A stretch of 64,000 bases of DNA, from assembly GCA_964016885.1 (NCBI GenBank), contig OZ024741.1:91326001-91390000 (forward strand), read 5' to 3'. The notes below the pieces were generated by a model that saw only the letters and a list, made by a program, of their open reading frames with translations, had not been told where the DNA came from and searched no databases. This document shows, piece by piece, positions 1-13,557 of the stretch. Position 1 is the stretch's first letter, and each line of letters opens with the position of its first letter. The translations under genes were made by a program, and so were the position numbers. This stretch comes from Eledone cirrhosa (Eukaryota).

Positions 1-62
1 ATGTTTAATATTGGTGAACTTGAGAATGAGAACTCCATACCATAGTAAAAATTAATAATATA

Positions 63-105
<43 letters not shown>

Positions 106-3100
106 CAATTGTGTAGTCGCAATGGAGATCTCATCCATTTTAACTTGTTTCAAGTTTCTTCAGGGGACTTAACTGTACTTTCTTTGCATCTCAGTTTGCA
201 TTGAGTACTACCCTGATTTGTGATCTTCCCAGTCACCATATTATAGACACTTCATATATATACATATATATGTATGTATGTTACATATATATATTGATGC
301 ATACACATACATATACACACACATGCATACACACTCATATACATATTTATCTTTTAATTGCTAGAGACATGGGATATTTCACTGTGCAGTGTAAAAATCC
401 ATATGATACAGTGCTTGTTTACTAAAAGACTTCTAACCATACATAGAACTCAGTTAATGCTGACCTCTCGATATAATAGGCTTATACGGTCACATATATA
501 TGATATGTTTACTCTTAAGATTCAGATATGATTTAGCAGAAAATATCTAAAAACAGGTTTGTTAATTGAAATATTTGTAGTATCTTTACTATTGAACAAA
601 TTGTTGGGAAAGTTTGCACTATTTGAGTAAATACTTCATTTTTTATTGTAATATAAATATAATTATAGTGTTGCTTTTTTCTTTTCGGGAATGTCTTTCT
701 AATGCTGTTTTTTGCAGTACAGAACATTGAGTTAAATATTTGTTACAGTATTCTAAGACTATTTTCCCAGCTAAAGCAAGTACTCACCATGTGGGAGCCT
801 AATGATAAACTTATTCATTTTGCCTTATTCTCACTTACCAACTCACCAACTCACTAGCTTTATTTGCTCCTTAATCATCTTTAGCAATGTCTTTTTTTGG
901 TCATCCGATTCTTCTACTTCCTTTCACATTCATTTCCATCATTCCACTCTGCCAGTTACTTTCATCCATCCTCAACACATGAACCAGCTATCTCATTCTA
1001 TTTCTTTTCCCAACATCCATTACTCTTCTCGTTTTTTTCATCTTTCCTCAGCCATCTCATTCCATTTCTCTTCATTGCATTCATCAGCCTTTTTTAATAT
1101 ACAGTAGAATGGAATAGTTTGCGTTGTCTTTTGATACCAAACTTCCTGAAACTGGCCCTGGTCTTATCAAGTGTCTATATTTTTCTAAAATGCTTCCATT
1201 ATAAACTTTGTTAAGCTATGTTCCAAAGAGCAACTTAATAATGAGGTAAGCTATATTACTAAATAACTACCAAATCCAAGATTATTTTAACAATTATTTG
1301 AAAATCAAAGGCAGTGTCTTTCCTTACAAATATGGTAATGAAAAGACTAAGTGATCTCTCTATTGGGCATGGTGCAAGGATATAGATATAATGAGAACTG
1401 CTGAAACATCACTAAGCATTCAAGTAGTCAGCAGTTTGACTGTCTAGAAACTTGAGAAGTTTTACATCATGTCATTATTACATCAAGGCATTATCATTTT
1501 TTATGTATGTTTTCTAATTTAGTCAGAAAGCCAGCAATTATTACTTATCTGGTGTTTAATGTTATCAACCGCAGAAGGATGAAAGGGATAGTTGACCATA
1601 GAAGAATTTGAAATCAGAATGTAAAGACTCAGAGAAAATGCTGCAAAAATTTTGTCTGATGCTTTAATGATTCTGCCAATCTACTAACCTTTTTACATCA
1701 CAATAAAGTCAATTAAAACTTATTTGCTATAAAATGTGTAAAGTGTTAACAATAATTTGCCTAATGGCACTTTGAAGACTCACATACACATATTCAAGAT
1801 ATATGTGATTTTACATAATTCATCAAGGTTTCTGCATGTATCTGGTTTTAAATAGGGACACCATATACTTGTGTGTCATAAGACATGACTAAAAGTGTTA
1901 GGACCAGGTAGAACATCCAGCTGTAAAACATTGCTTCAAAAAACAAGATAAGTTTAAAGTCTGCCATGAGACCTACAAGGCTAACCTCCAGCTTTAGCAG
2001 AGAAAATAGCCTTAAAACACTTCTTGTTGTTCATATTGCATAGATGATCTTTCCTGATATGATTAGCTGGAGGTTTCTGTAAGGAATAAATTTGATTTAG
2101 TAAACCTCAGATTATTACTGGTACTTTTTGTATTATTATCCCTGCCTCATACTTTACCTCCATCTCCATCCTCTGAAGCAGGAATGACAAACTTGATCCT
2201 CATCGCATTTGAACCCATAATGTAGCATGATGAACCTAAATACCATTAACTCTTTCATTACCATATTTCTAATGAAATACAGCACCAATATTTTTCAATA
2301 AATATTGTAAATAATCAATAATTTGAAGAGAGTGGTTTAATAATGCAACCATCCATATTATTAAACTGGTACTTGGAACATAACTTAACAAATATATTCT
2401 GCCATAGATTTTTTATTATTATTTTATTTTACATAATGTTTCCATAATGTGAGCCCTGTGTGGCTAATAAAGAAATCTTTATTAAAACATAAGTGGTTTG
2501 GTACCGAAACGGTTAAGGCATTTAGTTTAATACTCCTCCACCATTATCATCCATTGTTGATCCATGGATTCAGCAAGATGTTGCCAGTTTATCTATACCA
2601 GCTGTACACCTACCACTTTATGCTGATAAACTGTGGGTTGGGCATGGTTGATTCATAGTCGGTTGATTAACCTTGGCCACTGGGTGGGTGAACTTTGCAT
2701 TCAGGTTACAAAGAACTAAATATACTGAAAGGCATCCTCTCTGTCTAACAAGATACTCCTGGAAAAGTACTCTATCAACTTTTGAAAGGCTGAAAGGCAA
2801 TGTTGATATTAATAGTATTTGATATCAGAGTGCATTCATTGCCAACTTAGCATTCTGATTTTATATTATATCAATATAGTGATGGTGCAATTATATGATG
2901 TACCCAGTAATCTCTGTAATGGGTTGATATTAGGAAGGGCACCTTGTCATAGATACCATGCCAAATGTGGAAAGTGTGACCGTAACAACCTATCAAACCC
3001 ATGCCAGCATAGAAAATGGACACAGAATGATGAGGATGCTGATATATTCATACTTTCCTTTGCATTCTCTCACTTGTTACTAGCACCACTCTCGACAACA

Positions 3101-3216
3101 TCTATAGATTCTGTTATATATATCATTATGTATATATATATATATATTGGGCATGAATCGAAGTTGTAGTTGCCATATAGCAGGTACTAATAGATCAGAA
3201 AAATGGTGAGAGATGG

Positions 3217-3251
<35 letters not shown>

Positions 3252-3430
3252 CTGTATGTATTTATCCATCTCTCTCCCTTTTCTGATTTATGTATTCATT
3301 ATCCATTCTGCTTATTTCATGGTGTCCGTACATTATTTATTAACTCTGACTTCTGTCTTATCCCCACTCCTCCAAAGACAAAGTACTATTACTATTACTA
3401 TTATTATTATTATTATTATTACTAATATTA

Positions 3431-3596
3431 AGGGTGGTGAATTGGCAGTATCAGTAGAGGGTCGGACGCCATGCTTTGACGCATTGAGTTACGGCCCTTC
3501 AAATCCCGCCGAGGTTAACTTTGCCTTTCATCCTTATGGGGTCGATAAAATAATGCACTGGGTAATTGCTGGCCTTGTGCCAAAAGTAGAAACAAT
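3431..3596 (+). mobile_element. Same SINE family, internally deleted copy
   Basis: Core present; attattactaatatta repeated on both sides. Confidence 0.82.
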
Positions 3597-5614
3597 TATT
3601 ACTAATATTATTATTACCTTTTAACATACTGTACTGCTTGAAACTGCTTTAGCAAGACATTTTTGAAGAGTACAAAACAGCACTATGCTTGAATCACATT
3701 AAAAATATTAATTTTTATTCTAATGCTGTAAATTTCCATAACAATCTATTCAATAGTCAAGATACTATAATATTTAAATTAACAAACCTATTTTTTAGAT
3801 ATTTCTGCTAAATCATTACAAGGTGTTACCATTAATAATGTTATTATTATTAATATTATTGTTAATATTGCTGATTTCAAATTTAGTCAGCAAATGTTGG
3901 TGTAAGTGCAAAGATGATTAAATCAAGCCCAGTACTTGACCTCAACTTTATTTTATTGACTCAGAATTATGACAGGAAAAGTTGTGCTTGGCAAGATTTG
4001 AACTTGGAATGTAAAGAGACAGATCAAATGCTTCAATGATGTTCTAACAATTCTACCAATCTTCCATCCTATTGTGATTATTATTGTGAACATAAAATGA
4101 TCTTTTTTCTTCAATTAACTATTCCATGACCTATGAATTACTATTACTATTCTCTTACATATGTATTCTAGTTATTAACCCATGACATCTAATGCTTATC
4201 TCTATTTATTTAACTGCCTCTATCATCTTTGTTATCCTCCTTATCACTGTAAAATAATAACTTCAGATTATTAGCTACCACATCATAATCTTTATACATT
4301 TCTAACAATACTATTACCAATATAGATTAGTAATTATATACAATAGTCAAATGTCTATTGCTAATTAAACTGTGATAATATATGTATGTTACTTATGCCT
4401 CTATGACACCTATCTCTATTTATTTTATTCATTCAGCCACCCATCCATTAACCCTGAACACCCAAAGGAGTGAAGTCCATCGCTCACAAGGTCTGAACAT
4501 AGTCAAATTCTTCCAGAGAAAGAGCAAGAATTGACACTTAGTACTGGTACTTTATTTCTCAACTTCAAAAGAATGAAAGGCAAAGTTAACCATGGCAGTA
4601 TTTATACTCACAGCATAGAGAGCCAGGGTGAATACAGAAAGTGTTTTCTCTGATATTATAATGACTATATCAATGTAATAGTGAACCTATGTGATGTCTG
4701 CAGATTAGTTACTTCTCACTCACATCACAGTACTCCCTCTCACTATTATTTACATACAATGTTTTCTTCGAATTAAATATTCATCTTAGTTGTAAGTAGT
4801 AACCTTTTTTGTGACTGTATTTCTAATTCTAATGAAATACACCCATTTCAATTACTTAACTAAGAATTTTGAGAGATTTACAATAATTAATATTTTTTTC
4901 ATTAATAAAATAGTAATTTAACATATGGTTCTTAGAATAGATTTTAAAATAGATGGGTTGGTGTCAACTTTCTTAGATAGATAGACAGATAGATAGATAG
5001 ATGATAGATAGTGTGTGTGCTTGGGATGAGTGGGGTATCATTAGTTGAATTAACAGCAATTCCTCAGCTGTTACTTTATTTATTGACTCCCCCTCCCAAA
5101 AAGCCAGAGCACAGAGAGCCAGATCAGATATCCCAAAGCATCCTATATTACACTTTAACAATTGTGCTTGTCCACCTTTCTTGGATTGATATTTCATTTA
5201 TTGACCCAAAAGTAGGAAAGGCAAAGTTGATCTTGGTGAGATTTGAACTCAGAGCACAGGGAATCAGACAAATACTAAGGTAATTAATCTGAAACCCTAA
5301 CAACTTTGCCAATTAGATCCCTGCTCAGCTAAACCTAGAGATAACAATCTTTCTCTTTCAGATTCAACCATAACATTCTGATCCATTTGCCTATATTTAT
5401 TCTGAACTGTTTTTATTTTAATTCTTTTTTTTTTAAATTCATTTCCTAGTTACTTACCATATGGTGGTTCAGTATCTGCTTCATATCTTACATCAGCATT
5501 CCTCTTTACTTCTGCTATATTGTCAACTTATGTTCTGTATCATGATATCTTTCATCAACCACATTTTCCAAAAAATATAGTAATATTTCAGCAGAGTTTT
5601 TTGTATGTGCTCAT

Positions 5615-5645
<31 letters not shown>

Positions 5646-6556
5646 GTGTGCGTGTATATGTATATAAAGATGTTACTAATTAAGGACTAGTAAGGCCATT
5701 ATTCGTTTTGTACTCCACACCTTAAAGAACGTAGAGTGTAGATATTTAATACATGTAAATCTTATGGTCAAGCTTAAACCATAGGATATATATATATATA
5801 TATATATAAATAAACATTTACTGTTTGCCCGGGAGTCTGTTCAGGGCCATCAAGATTGGTGGAAGCGCGGGAGTCAGTAAAGTATCTTCAAATCTGAAAT
5901 CAGGCTTGAATGATTGTAACAGAAAGGCTTTCACTAAAGGCATTTAAAGTACCAGACAGTGATGCTAAATTGGGCGATGGATTAAGTCTACCACAAATCG
6001 AGTTATTTAACCATTTACCACCCAAATGGATCCAAGCAGGAGTTGAATCATAAATCAAAGAGTCTGATCAACTACTACAAGACATCTCATCTGACATTCT
6101 AACAATTCTGCCAATTTACCATCCTGGACTGGTATTATATTTTATCGACTCTAAAAGGCATGGTTATTCTAATACAAGTAGTTCAATAATCATTTCGGCT
6201 TTTACCATTTTCCCCTGTTTTGATTAGCTGTATTGATGTCACTATCAGTGTTTCCATGACACCAAGAATGGCTTTGATATACATGTCACAAAGTTTTTCC
6301 AATAAATTGGCTATTTTCAATATTCTATATCCATTCTGTTACCATATGGTACTTTAAAATGCAAGATATTACATATTTCCTCTCTCCTGTGATCATCATG
6401 ATATATATATTTATATTTAAGGTAGTGCACCAGCATGGCTGCAATCTAATAAAAGAATATATATATACACTGGAAGGTAATATCCATAGTGGTAGAGCAC
6501 TCAGTCCATGGGACGAGTTAGGTAGAAGTGGTAACACAACAGTTAGTTCACCATAT

Positions 6557-6594
6557 CGAGAACAATTGTTTCACCTTAGCGGATCTTTAGCTCA
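6557..6594 (-). ncRNA. Inverted, core-mutated copy of the 6601 hammerhead
   Basis: Minus strand tgag-CTAAAGA-tccgctaaggt-GAAAC-aatt-GTT-ctcg; G5-to-A change in the CUGA turn predicts inactivity. Confidence 0.55.
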
Positions 6595-6600
6595 TAATTA

Positions 6601-6638
6601 CGAGCTGAAGATCCACTAAGGTGAAACAATTGTTCTCG
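6601..6638 (+). ncRNA. Minimal type-I hammerhead ribozyme (Penelope pLTR type)
   Basis: cgag-CTGAAGA-tcc actaa ggt-GAAAC-aatt-GTT-ctcg. Stem I cgag/ctcg, palindromic stem III aacaattgtt, GUU triplet at 6632-6634. Confidence 0.7.
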
Positions 6639-6680
6639 ATATGGTGAACTAACTGTTGTGTTACCATTTCTCTCTCACTC

Positions 6681-6727
<47 letters not shown>

Positions 6728-7984
6728 TGTGTATCGAGTTTAGAATAGATACACCATATCCCTAGCAAGTCATAAGAAGCTATTAATTGGGATGGCACGA
6801 GGAAGGGCATTCAACCATAAAACAATGGCTCAAAATGGTCATATCATGTGTATGAAGCTTGTCATTGAGCCTGAAAGGATAACACTTGCTTCAGCAAGGA
6901 AAAATGCCTGCCTTTTTTTGTACTGGGATTTAGAATAAGTACACCATATTTCTGCTGTAAAAGGTGACTAAAAGGGTAAGTGCCAAGAAGGACATCTAGT
7001 TGCAAAACATTGCCTCAAAAAGGAATATAAAGCCTGACAAGGGTCTCATAAGCTAGCGGTTGTTTAGCATGGGGGGAAGGAGGAACAGTCACCTCCAGGC
7101 ACAGGTGTGAAGAGATCCGACATTTTATGTAGCTTATCATTAAGCTTTTTGCCAACAACATGCTAGAAATCGCCTCTGCTTTTGTAATACAAAACCTCAA
7201 TATTAAAGTGCTTCCACTCAAATTCAAACATTCCAATATGATTTTAAGTTAGAAACATTTGTTAAATTATGATCCAAACAAAGGGCTTCATAATGAAAAG
7301 GTTTCCTATTTTACTAAATTCTTCCAATTAATTTATATTACTTTCAGAATTATTTAAACACATAGGTAGTGTGTTTTATTAGATATATGGTCACTAAAGG
7401 CAGTAGCACAAAAATTGTATTTGCTCCACCAGGGTGATGAAAATCCTTGCAATGCCAATTATTATATTCAGGGTCATTGTCCTAGTATGGTCACAGTCTA
7501 ATGACAGAAACTGTAAAAGCATAAAATAACCCAAAACATTCCAGCCATAATTATTCTGTCTTTTTATGGGTGGGGTATTTAATACTACATTAACCAATGT
7601 AGTTTTCCTTGTTTAAGGCTGTGTGTGTGTGTGTGTGGGGGGGGATTTGAGGGAGAATCAACAGCTATCTCTAGCATGTTGAATAACTACATAGGGGCTT
7701 CCTCATAATGGTTTCTAATTATATCAACCACCATTACTTGACAGGTACATTGTTTTATTGACTTTGGAAAGATGAAAGGTAAGATTGAACTAAGAGTGGA
7801 AAGTGCCATAACTAAATGTTGTAAAGCATTTTGTCCAATACTCTAAAGATTATGCTAATCCACCACTCTGAGGCTTCCTTATACAAAATGGTTCTTTCAA
7901 GAGTATACAATGCTGAACTGAAAGCCTAAAATGGGCAAGAGACACTTGTAGAAAGGAATAGGCATTGCTTCAACAACAACATCT

Positions 7985-8270
7985 ACAATCAGTTATACAG
8001 ATACAGATCAGTTATACATATATATATAGATCAGCTATATATATCAGGTATACAGTTATAAAGGTCAGCTGTACAGTTATATAAGATCAGTTATACAGAT
8101 ACAGACATGCAAATCAGTTATGCAGATGTACAGATCAGCTAGACAGTCATATAAGATCAGTTATGCAGATATCCAGATCTGTTATACAATTATACAGATC
8201 AGTTATACTTATACACACATCAGCTATCCAATTATTCTGATATATAGATCAGTTATATGGATCAATAATA
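7985..8270. repeat. Degenerate minisatellite (cagatcagttata)
   Basis: More than ten imperfect units. Confidence 0.8.
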
Positions 8271-9100
8271 CATACATACATTAGCTACCATACACACTAT
8301 ACATGCACACACAGTCAACTACAAGACACAGAGAGAGAGGAATAAATGAAACAACAATGACAACAGTAATATCAGCTGTAACAAGGAAACAAATAACAAC
8401 AACCACTCCTTTCTACACAAACTTTGTGCTAATGAAGTTAGAAACAAACTAGGCAATATCTCCCAGCCTTTGATGTTTGTTATTTGAACACTGAATCTAA
8501 TACTTTGATTATTCAGAGCTGAACAGATAGATATTCTCCACAGCACTAATAACTACTAAAAAAACAACAAATATAAACAAAAGAAAAAACTAATAGCAGT
8601 GCTCCAACATGACCACAACCCATGAGGAACAGATAAAAGAGTAAAAGTGTTAATTAAATGAATACATACTTTTTAACAATGTCTCACTAATGTGGTTTCA
8701 TGTGGTTTGTTAATTCAAATGCTTATAGTAGCTTTCTCTAATGGACAGATCATTATACAAATATACAATGTTAGACTTCAATTCTTAATGTGATCCAATC
8801 ACAATGCTGTTCTGTACTTTTAAAAACTGCCTTGCTAATGTGGTGTCAGGTGATACTAGAAAGTGAAGCATTGAAATCAAACACTAATGTTTTTATTATC
8901 TTTCCATTTTTCCACAATCAAAAACAAGAGAGGAAGATGCAAGATAAATTTTCTCCTGGAATGACAGCTTGTCTATTATTGAATGTAATATTTGCAGATA
9001 ATCTGGTATTTATTCCAAATAACTAAGGTGAACTGAGGTGAGGAGAAATAATGTACAGTATCTTGCCCCAAAGTACAACAAAACAGCAGCAGCTGTAGAT

Positions 9101-9333
9101 TTAACCCTTTTGATATCAAACCACCCGAAACTGACCCAAAGCTGTTTATTCTAAAGTGTTTATATTTTGCTAAAAACCTTCCATCATTACTCTAAGTACA
9201 AACCTATGTTGTTTCAAGCACCATCTTAGTTATTTTATTTTACTAAATTCTTTAAAATTCTTGCTTATTTTCAAAATAATTTGAAAATCATAGGCAGTGT
9301 TTTTCATTCGAAACATGGTAACCGAAGAGTTAA
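9101..9333. mobile_element. Old TTAA-flanked piggyBac-like MITE family (~230-270 bp)
   Basis: ttaacccttttgat...atggtaaccgaagagttaa; decayed relatives at ~1128-1352, 2246-2516, 14963-15216, 18622-18872, 34514-34750, 35055-35240. Confidence 0.7.
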
Positions 9334-9509
9334 CATTCTAGATTTCTTACAGTGGTAATTACAAATGTAAATATCAGAAGTAATAATGGTTGTTGTGAGT
9401 TAATTCAATCTCCTAGGGAGACCAAAGACAAAGTGAATTTTAGCAGGATTTCAACTTGATATAGTGAGATAATGAAGCTAAATACTGTAGTGGTGCATTT
9501 AGTTAAACT

Positions 9510-10035
9510 GCTGTGTGTATCAGTTTTATAATAGGTACACATAGGAACACCATATCCCCATGTAACATGAGGGGGTGACTAAAATAGTTGGCAACAGGAA
9601 TGTGCATCCAGGCTTTGAAGAAACTGCTTCAAAAGGACCTTACAATGAGTATGAAGCACAGCATGGGACCTACTGTGTGTATCAGATTTAGAATGTGTAC
9701 ACAATATCCCTGCATGTTGTAAGAAGTGACTAAACACTTATTTATAAATTATCCTCAAAAAGGCCCCTTGATGTATATGAAGTCTGTTATGATGCCTGCA
9801 AAGCACACCCTGCTTTAGCAAGAAAAATGACCTTAAGACACTTGTTGTGGTGTTGTACATCCAATTTAGAATAAGTACACCATATCCCTGCATGTTGTAA
9901 GAGGTGACTAAATAGTTTTTATCAGGAATGAGCATCTGAATGTAAAGCATTGCTTCAAAAAATATTCCATGATAAGCATGAAACCTGTCAGGGGATCTGC
10001 AAGACAGAGAAAATGACCATAAAATGCTTATTGCT
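9510..10035 (+). mobile_element. Three tandem decayed copies of a short element with an RTE-like 3' tail
   Basis: gtgtatc..atttagaata.gtacaccatatccctgcatgt.gtaagaggtgactaaa at 9512, 9674 and 9852; also at 1835, 6727 and 6917. Confidence 0.7.
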
Positions 10036-10338
10036 GTGGTTAATCACTTTACTACTGCCTTGGTTATCTATGTTGCATTGAAAAGATTCATTTTGTACCC
10101 AGTAGAGGTACAAAATGGCTACTTTCTTTAGTATTAACAATCACCAATCTGTTTGCCTCTGACTAGTACTTCACTGATTAGTCTGAAGATGACACACCAG
10201 TAGTTCTTCATTGATAGTGATAATAGATAATATCATACAATAGTAAGTAGAAAGAAGATTGAAGAAGATTGAAGAAAGTCAATATTGGCATAATACTTAT
10301 AGAGATTACATAATCATACTTATGTCTATGCTATGTGA

Positions 10339-10395
<57 letters not shown>

Positions 10396-11056
10396 CTGTC
10401 TGTCTGGCAATCGACCAATTTGTATTCTAATTAATAAAATCCAACTACTATTAGCTCCCACAGCCTTTAGCTGTCTACTACTTTCATTTCAATTACTAAT
10501 ATTTAACTATGTACTGCACTGGCTTCGAAATGAAATGAAATGAAATGAAATGAAATAATAATATTAATAATAATAATAATAATAATAATAATTATTATTA
10601 TTATTATGAAAATAATAATGATAATACATAAATGAATAAATGTATAAATAAACTACCACCTTCAAGTTACTTAGAAATATTCTATTATGGTTGCTTATTC
10701 AGCTGATTTAGATGGTGTGTTTGCATGTGTATGTGTGCATGTATGCTTATGTGTGTGTGCGTGTGTATGGTAATACGTATACGTGTTTCTATCTGTATGT
10801 CTGTGAGCTTATGCACACAGACACACATATATATATTTAAGCACATTTATAAGAAGACATAAATATATTTGTGTTTTTCTCATATATATAAACCTTTGGA
10901 TCTTAGCTAAGACCATGATCTATCTAATACTATGACCTAGGTAATACTGTGACTTAGTTAAAATTCAACCATAGATTTCAATCTCAGCTTTTTTTTTTTC
11001 ATATCCACTCAACACACTTTCAATTTCATTTCCTTTATTCTGTTTTAGCTTGCCAG

Positions 11057-11091
<35 letters not shown>

Positions 11092-11178
11092 TGTATATGT
11101 ATATATATATATTCATACAAACCTATACATGCATATGTATACATGTACAGATTTACACCTATATCTATGCATGTGTGA

Positions 11179-11235
<57 letters not shown>

Positions 11236-11424
11236 ACCATACACTGTATGCATACTGCATACAGTGTATGATGGTTTCACCACTGGTGTGAAATGCAAAT
11301 AAGCAAAAAGTGTACTCAATACTTATGTTAGTGAGGAATAAAATTATTTATTAAAAGTTGTGTCTGCTGCATGAGTCACTATTTATAATCATTCCTGATA
11401 TACATAGATAGAATAGATAGATTG

Positions 11425-11462
<38 letters not shown>

Positions 11463-11782
11463 GCACACATTTTTAAAGAAAAATGTGGCAATGACTTCAA
11501 ATATTTGGTTTTAATATGTCAGTTTAGTGTAAAGAGGCTCACTGCCAACATTTTCTCTGAAATATATGGCCTATAGTATCGAGTGCTCATTCAATTAATG
11601 CTTGACAGTTTTAAATAAAACACTTCCTTCCACTTTTATCCTGTGAGTGTGTATTTGATTCTGATCAAATGATCTTAGCATTCCACAAATAGAGCAAATA
11701 TAAAGTTGATATATTTTCTTGCAACATAGATGCAATATTTCAGCTTAGCAAACACTCAATTTGTTGAAATCTCACAGTTCTG

Positions 11783-11833
<51 letters not shown>

Positions 11834-12145
11834 TTTATTTTCAGCAAAACTTTAGCCCTGTTACTACTCTGAGTTTCAAAATATGTCAGCATTATTTCAA
11901 GCCATTTGGATTTCAATATAATTGGAGGACTCATACTGAACGATTTATCTCTTTACTAAATGAATGAAAATGCTCTACTATATGTATTGAGTACTCTTTT
12001 CTCTCATTTTGACACCAAAATGTACATTGATTCACAGGCATATATTCACATATTCATAATATGTTGATATGTAAGGGAGACAGAGTGAGATAGGTAGTTA
12101 GGTAGGTAGATAGATAAATAATTGATGTGAACATATACATAGACT

Positions 12146-12254
<109 letters not shown>

Positions 12255-12263
12255 GTATATATG

Positions 12264-12294
<31 letters not shown>

Positions 12295-12396
12295 GAATGC
12301 ATATAAGCATGGTTTGTTCTTTTTTCTTTAACAATTGATCACAATTTTCTTTATAGAAGCACACACACATGCATAAACACATACACACACACACAC

Positions 12397-12456
<60 letters not shown>

Positions 12457-12790
12457 TATGTAAAGGTTATCTCCTCTTCATTTGTTGTATGTTTTGCATT
12501 GTTTATTCTTTACTTCTTGACCATTAGTCATATAGCTGTTACCCCCTTTTCACTGGGTGGGGAGAATTCTTCTTCACGTTCGCCTTCCTTTTCCTTTTGC
12601 TCTTTTGTGTGTATATATATATATATATATATATTATATACATAAATATATGTATATATATATATATATATATATGTAATTATGTGAATGTTTGTGTGTG
12701 TATGTATATTTATTTATTTCAATGAATCATAGCTGTTGGTAGTATCAGCTGTGGTAAGGGTCAAGGGTTAGATGGGGGGGGGGGGGGATG

Positions 12791-13077
12791 TCAGACTTGC
12801 TGCAGCTCTGTTTGATGATGACCCAATGGATGTCCTCTGCTTCCTCCACCTCTCCTACACTGATTCTGGCTGTTACTTCCCATGCAAAGAGTGCAGCAGA
12901 CAGACGTGGAAGACTCTCGGACAATGTCATCGAGACTCATACAAAGGGCTGCGGCAAAAAAGAATATAGTTCCCCCCCATCCGAGCCCGTAGCCCGTTCC
13001 GTAGTGATGGGATAACAGCTTTAAGTCATGTTCTATGGCAACGGGAAATATTATCAGTGCCACTGTTGTGCTGAGAG
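12791..13077 (-). CDS. Last coding exon of a TMEM47/VAB-9-like tetraspan junction protein (PMP22/claudin superfamily)
   Basis: Acceptor gttttgtattttccttgcag|CT at 13078-13079, phase 1. Translates (A)LSTTVALIIFPVAIEHDLKLLSHHYGTGYGLGWGGTIFFFAAALCMSLD...TELQQV, TGA at 12791-12793. FP and YGxGYGLGW motifs are typical of TM3/TM4 of TMEM47-like proteins. Confidence 0.88.
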
Positions 13078-13139
13078 CTGCAAGGAAAATACAAAACAAA
13101 ATGAATAATAATAATAATAATAATAATAATAGTAGTAAT

Positions 13140-13450
13140 AATGATTTCATTTATTGGCCACAAGGGCCGACATATAGGGGACAATACAAAAGACTGGGAC
13201 AGTGGGGTTTTACAGAAAAATCGAGTAAACAATATGAATAACAATAACAAAGCAACAAGAAAAATACAACAAGAAAAATTCCCCAATAGGAGGGGCATGA
13301 CCACCCAGGGTTCGCTCAGGTACCCCACCAATCTGAACGACCCGACGCTTCGAAAGCACCCGGGAAGGGCACCCCCCTCCTCCTCAAATTTACCCACCTA
13401 CAGGTGCATGATCAGAGTAGGCCCACTCACACGGGCCATTCTCGCCACAT
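13140..13450 (-). mobile_element. 3' end of a probable L1/Tx1-like LINE, copy 1
   Basis: Minus strand VARMARVSGPTLIMHL-stop, 3' UTR, AATAAA (13150-13155), then (ATT)n; homologous to 13886-14211. Clade is inferred. Confidence 0.55.
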
Positions 13451-13557
13451 TCACCCACCTTTCAGTAAATGTACTTGGGGGGGGGGGGGAGCATTTCTCT
13501 CTCCACCCTTACCTTCCTTTCCAAGTGAAACTTGAAAAAGTTGATGAGGGATTGAAT

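Larger units (their letters stand above)
6529..6666. repeat. 138-bp palindrome of two head-to-head hammerhead units
   Basis: Symmetric about 6597/6598 with about three mismatches. Confidence 0.95.

Noticed and set aside
142-163. Minus-strand CTGAAGA-aactt-GAAAC-aa-GTT hammerhead-like core next to (TA)n
   Set aside because: No stem I pairing and almost no stem II; at best a decayed copy.
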